This document shows positions 63,003 through 64,000 of a stretch of 64,000 nt of DNA, piece after piece. The stretch comes from Armatimonadota bacterium. Its GTDB lineage: Bacteria > Armatimonadota > SYMT01. Position numbers and translations under genes: made by a program. The stretch lies in assembly GCA_041690135.1 (NCBI GenBank), contig JAWLHY010000001.1, positions 1,472,001-1,536,000 of the forward strand. The letters are read 5' to 3'. The notes below the pieces were generated by a model. It ran no database searches and was not told the DNA's origin. It worked only from the letters and a program-made list of their open reading frames with translations. How positions within the stretch are numbered: position 1 is the stretch's first letter; every line of letters starts with the position of its first letter.

Positions 63003-63554
63003 TCACTTCTGCCAACGACGCTGAGAGGGCGGGTTCTCCGGGGTTCCGAGCAGCGACACCATCCGGTCCACGATCTCCCGGAGTTGCTCCGGATCGAACG
63101 GCTTGGCCAGATAGAGGTCTGCCCCTTCGAGCAGCCCCTCCCGGACCTGGACGTCCGAACTGCGTGCGGTGAGCATGATGACCGGAATCTCGCTGGTCCG
63201 CGGGTCCGATTTCAGCCGTTCAACGACCCGGAGGCCGTCGAGGTTCGGCATCATGACGTCGAGGATGATCAGGTCGGGCGGATCCGCGGCCACGTGGGCA
63301 AGCCCCTCCAGCCCGTCCGCCGCCAGGTCGACTCGATAGCCGGCCCGCTCGAGATGGACCTGGATCAGCCTCCGGATGTTCGGCTGGTCTTCCACCACCA
63401 GGATTCCCGGAGCCTGTTCCGGCTGCCGGTCGCGGGCCGTACCCGGCGGCAGGCAGCGCTGTCGGAGTCCCGGTGGCGGCTCGGGAAGCTCAGACGCTCG
63501 CAGGCGGGCTTCGAAGGCCGCCCATGGTTCCTCTGCGTCAATCTCTTCCCGCAC
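63003..63554 (-). CDS. Receiver-domain protein with ~50-aa anti-sigma-like N-terminal leader
   Basis: FEARLRASELPEPPPGLRQRCL followed by VVED, LDVMMP, LTA, KPF; start overlaps the sigma stop. Confidence 0.85.
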   Translation of the reverse strand: MREEIDAEEPWAAFEARLRASELPEPPPGLRQRCLPPGTARDRQPEQAPGILVVEDQPNIRRLIQVHLERAGYRVDLAADGLEGLAHVAADPPDLIILDVMMPNLDGLRVVERLKSDPRTSEIPVIMLTARSSDVQVREGLLEGADLYLAKPFDPEQLREIVDRMVSLLGTPENPPSQRRWQK

Positions 63555-64000
63555 CTGTCATCTCCTTCCGCACGTTGCCGTCCACCAGGCGGATCCGCAG
63601 CCGCTGGCGAGCCCGGTGCACCCGCCAGCGGGCCAGTGGGAGGCTGATCCCCAGGATCCCGGCGATTTCCGGATAGTCCAGTTCCTGGAACACCCGCAGC
63701 ACGAGCGCTTCCCGCAGGTCCGGCGGTAGTTCGCCGACGGCCTGCAACACCCGTTCCGTATCCCACTGCGCGAGAGCGATCTCGTCCGGACCGGGTGCGG
63801 CGTCCGCCACCTCATAGCCGGCTTCCAGGTCGTCACACGCGGGAGTTCGGTCCCGCATCCGTTTCCGCCACCGGTTGCGCGCAATTCCAAAGAGCCAGGC
63901 CTTCAGGTCCGGCACGCTTCCGGTATCGATCCGGCCGATCGATTCCCAGAACACCGTGAAGGTCTCCTGGGTCAGGTCGGCTGCGGTCTCACTCTCGCCG
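63538..64000 (-). CDS. ECF sigma factor, 3' part (5' end outside the window)
   Basis: AADLTQETF, AWLFGIARN (region 2); LP..LRE.LVLR.....Y.EIA.ILG......RVHRAR (region 4). Confidence 0.9.
   Translation of the reverse strand, partial: GESETAADLTQETFTVFWESIGRIDTGSVPDLKAWLFGIARNRWRKRMRDRTPACDDLEAGYEVADAAPGPDEIALAQWDTERVLQAVGELPPDLREALVLRVFQELDYPEIAGILGISLPLARWRVHRARQRLRIRLVDGNVRKEMTGAGRD

Overview
GC-rich chromosomal window of a diderm bacterium (TolC present). The gene content and style suggest Armatimonadota, but that is an inference. It is mostly housekeeping: nuoA-G plus the 5' part of nuoH, a TolC/MacA/ABC exporter operon, the Hen1-Pnkp RNA repair pair, a tat locus with three tatA/B paralogs, hisG, a PLP aminotransferase, rpmF-plsX-fabHG-acpP-fabF with fabD displaced about 7 kb upstream, an ECF sigma/anti-sigma pair, a CHAD-ppx polyphosphate operon and dnaK-dnaJ-hspR. 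I saw no rRNA, tRNA, CRISPR array or transposase. The most notable candidates are: (1) an ECF sigma factor followed by an anti-sigma-like leader fused to a receiver domain, plus a second stand-alone receiver; (2) an ArsR-HTH regulator carrying a CarH-type B12-binding domain (W-x9-EH, ExHxxG); (3) a CHAD / HhH-acidic disordered protein / Ppx / HNH operon; (4) an apparent AUU start codon for hisG; (5) a c-type cytochrome with galectin-3-like YPG repeats inside the tat locus; (6) an accessory block between rpmF and fabD bracketed by a degenerate ~130-bp inverted repeat pair; (7) recurring GGAAC-N17/18-CGTC ECF-type promoters. All family assignments come from motif recognition by eye, not from database searches.
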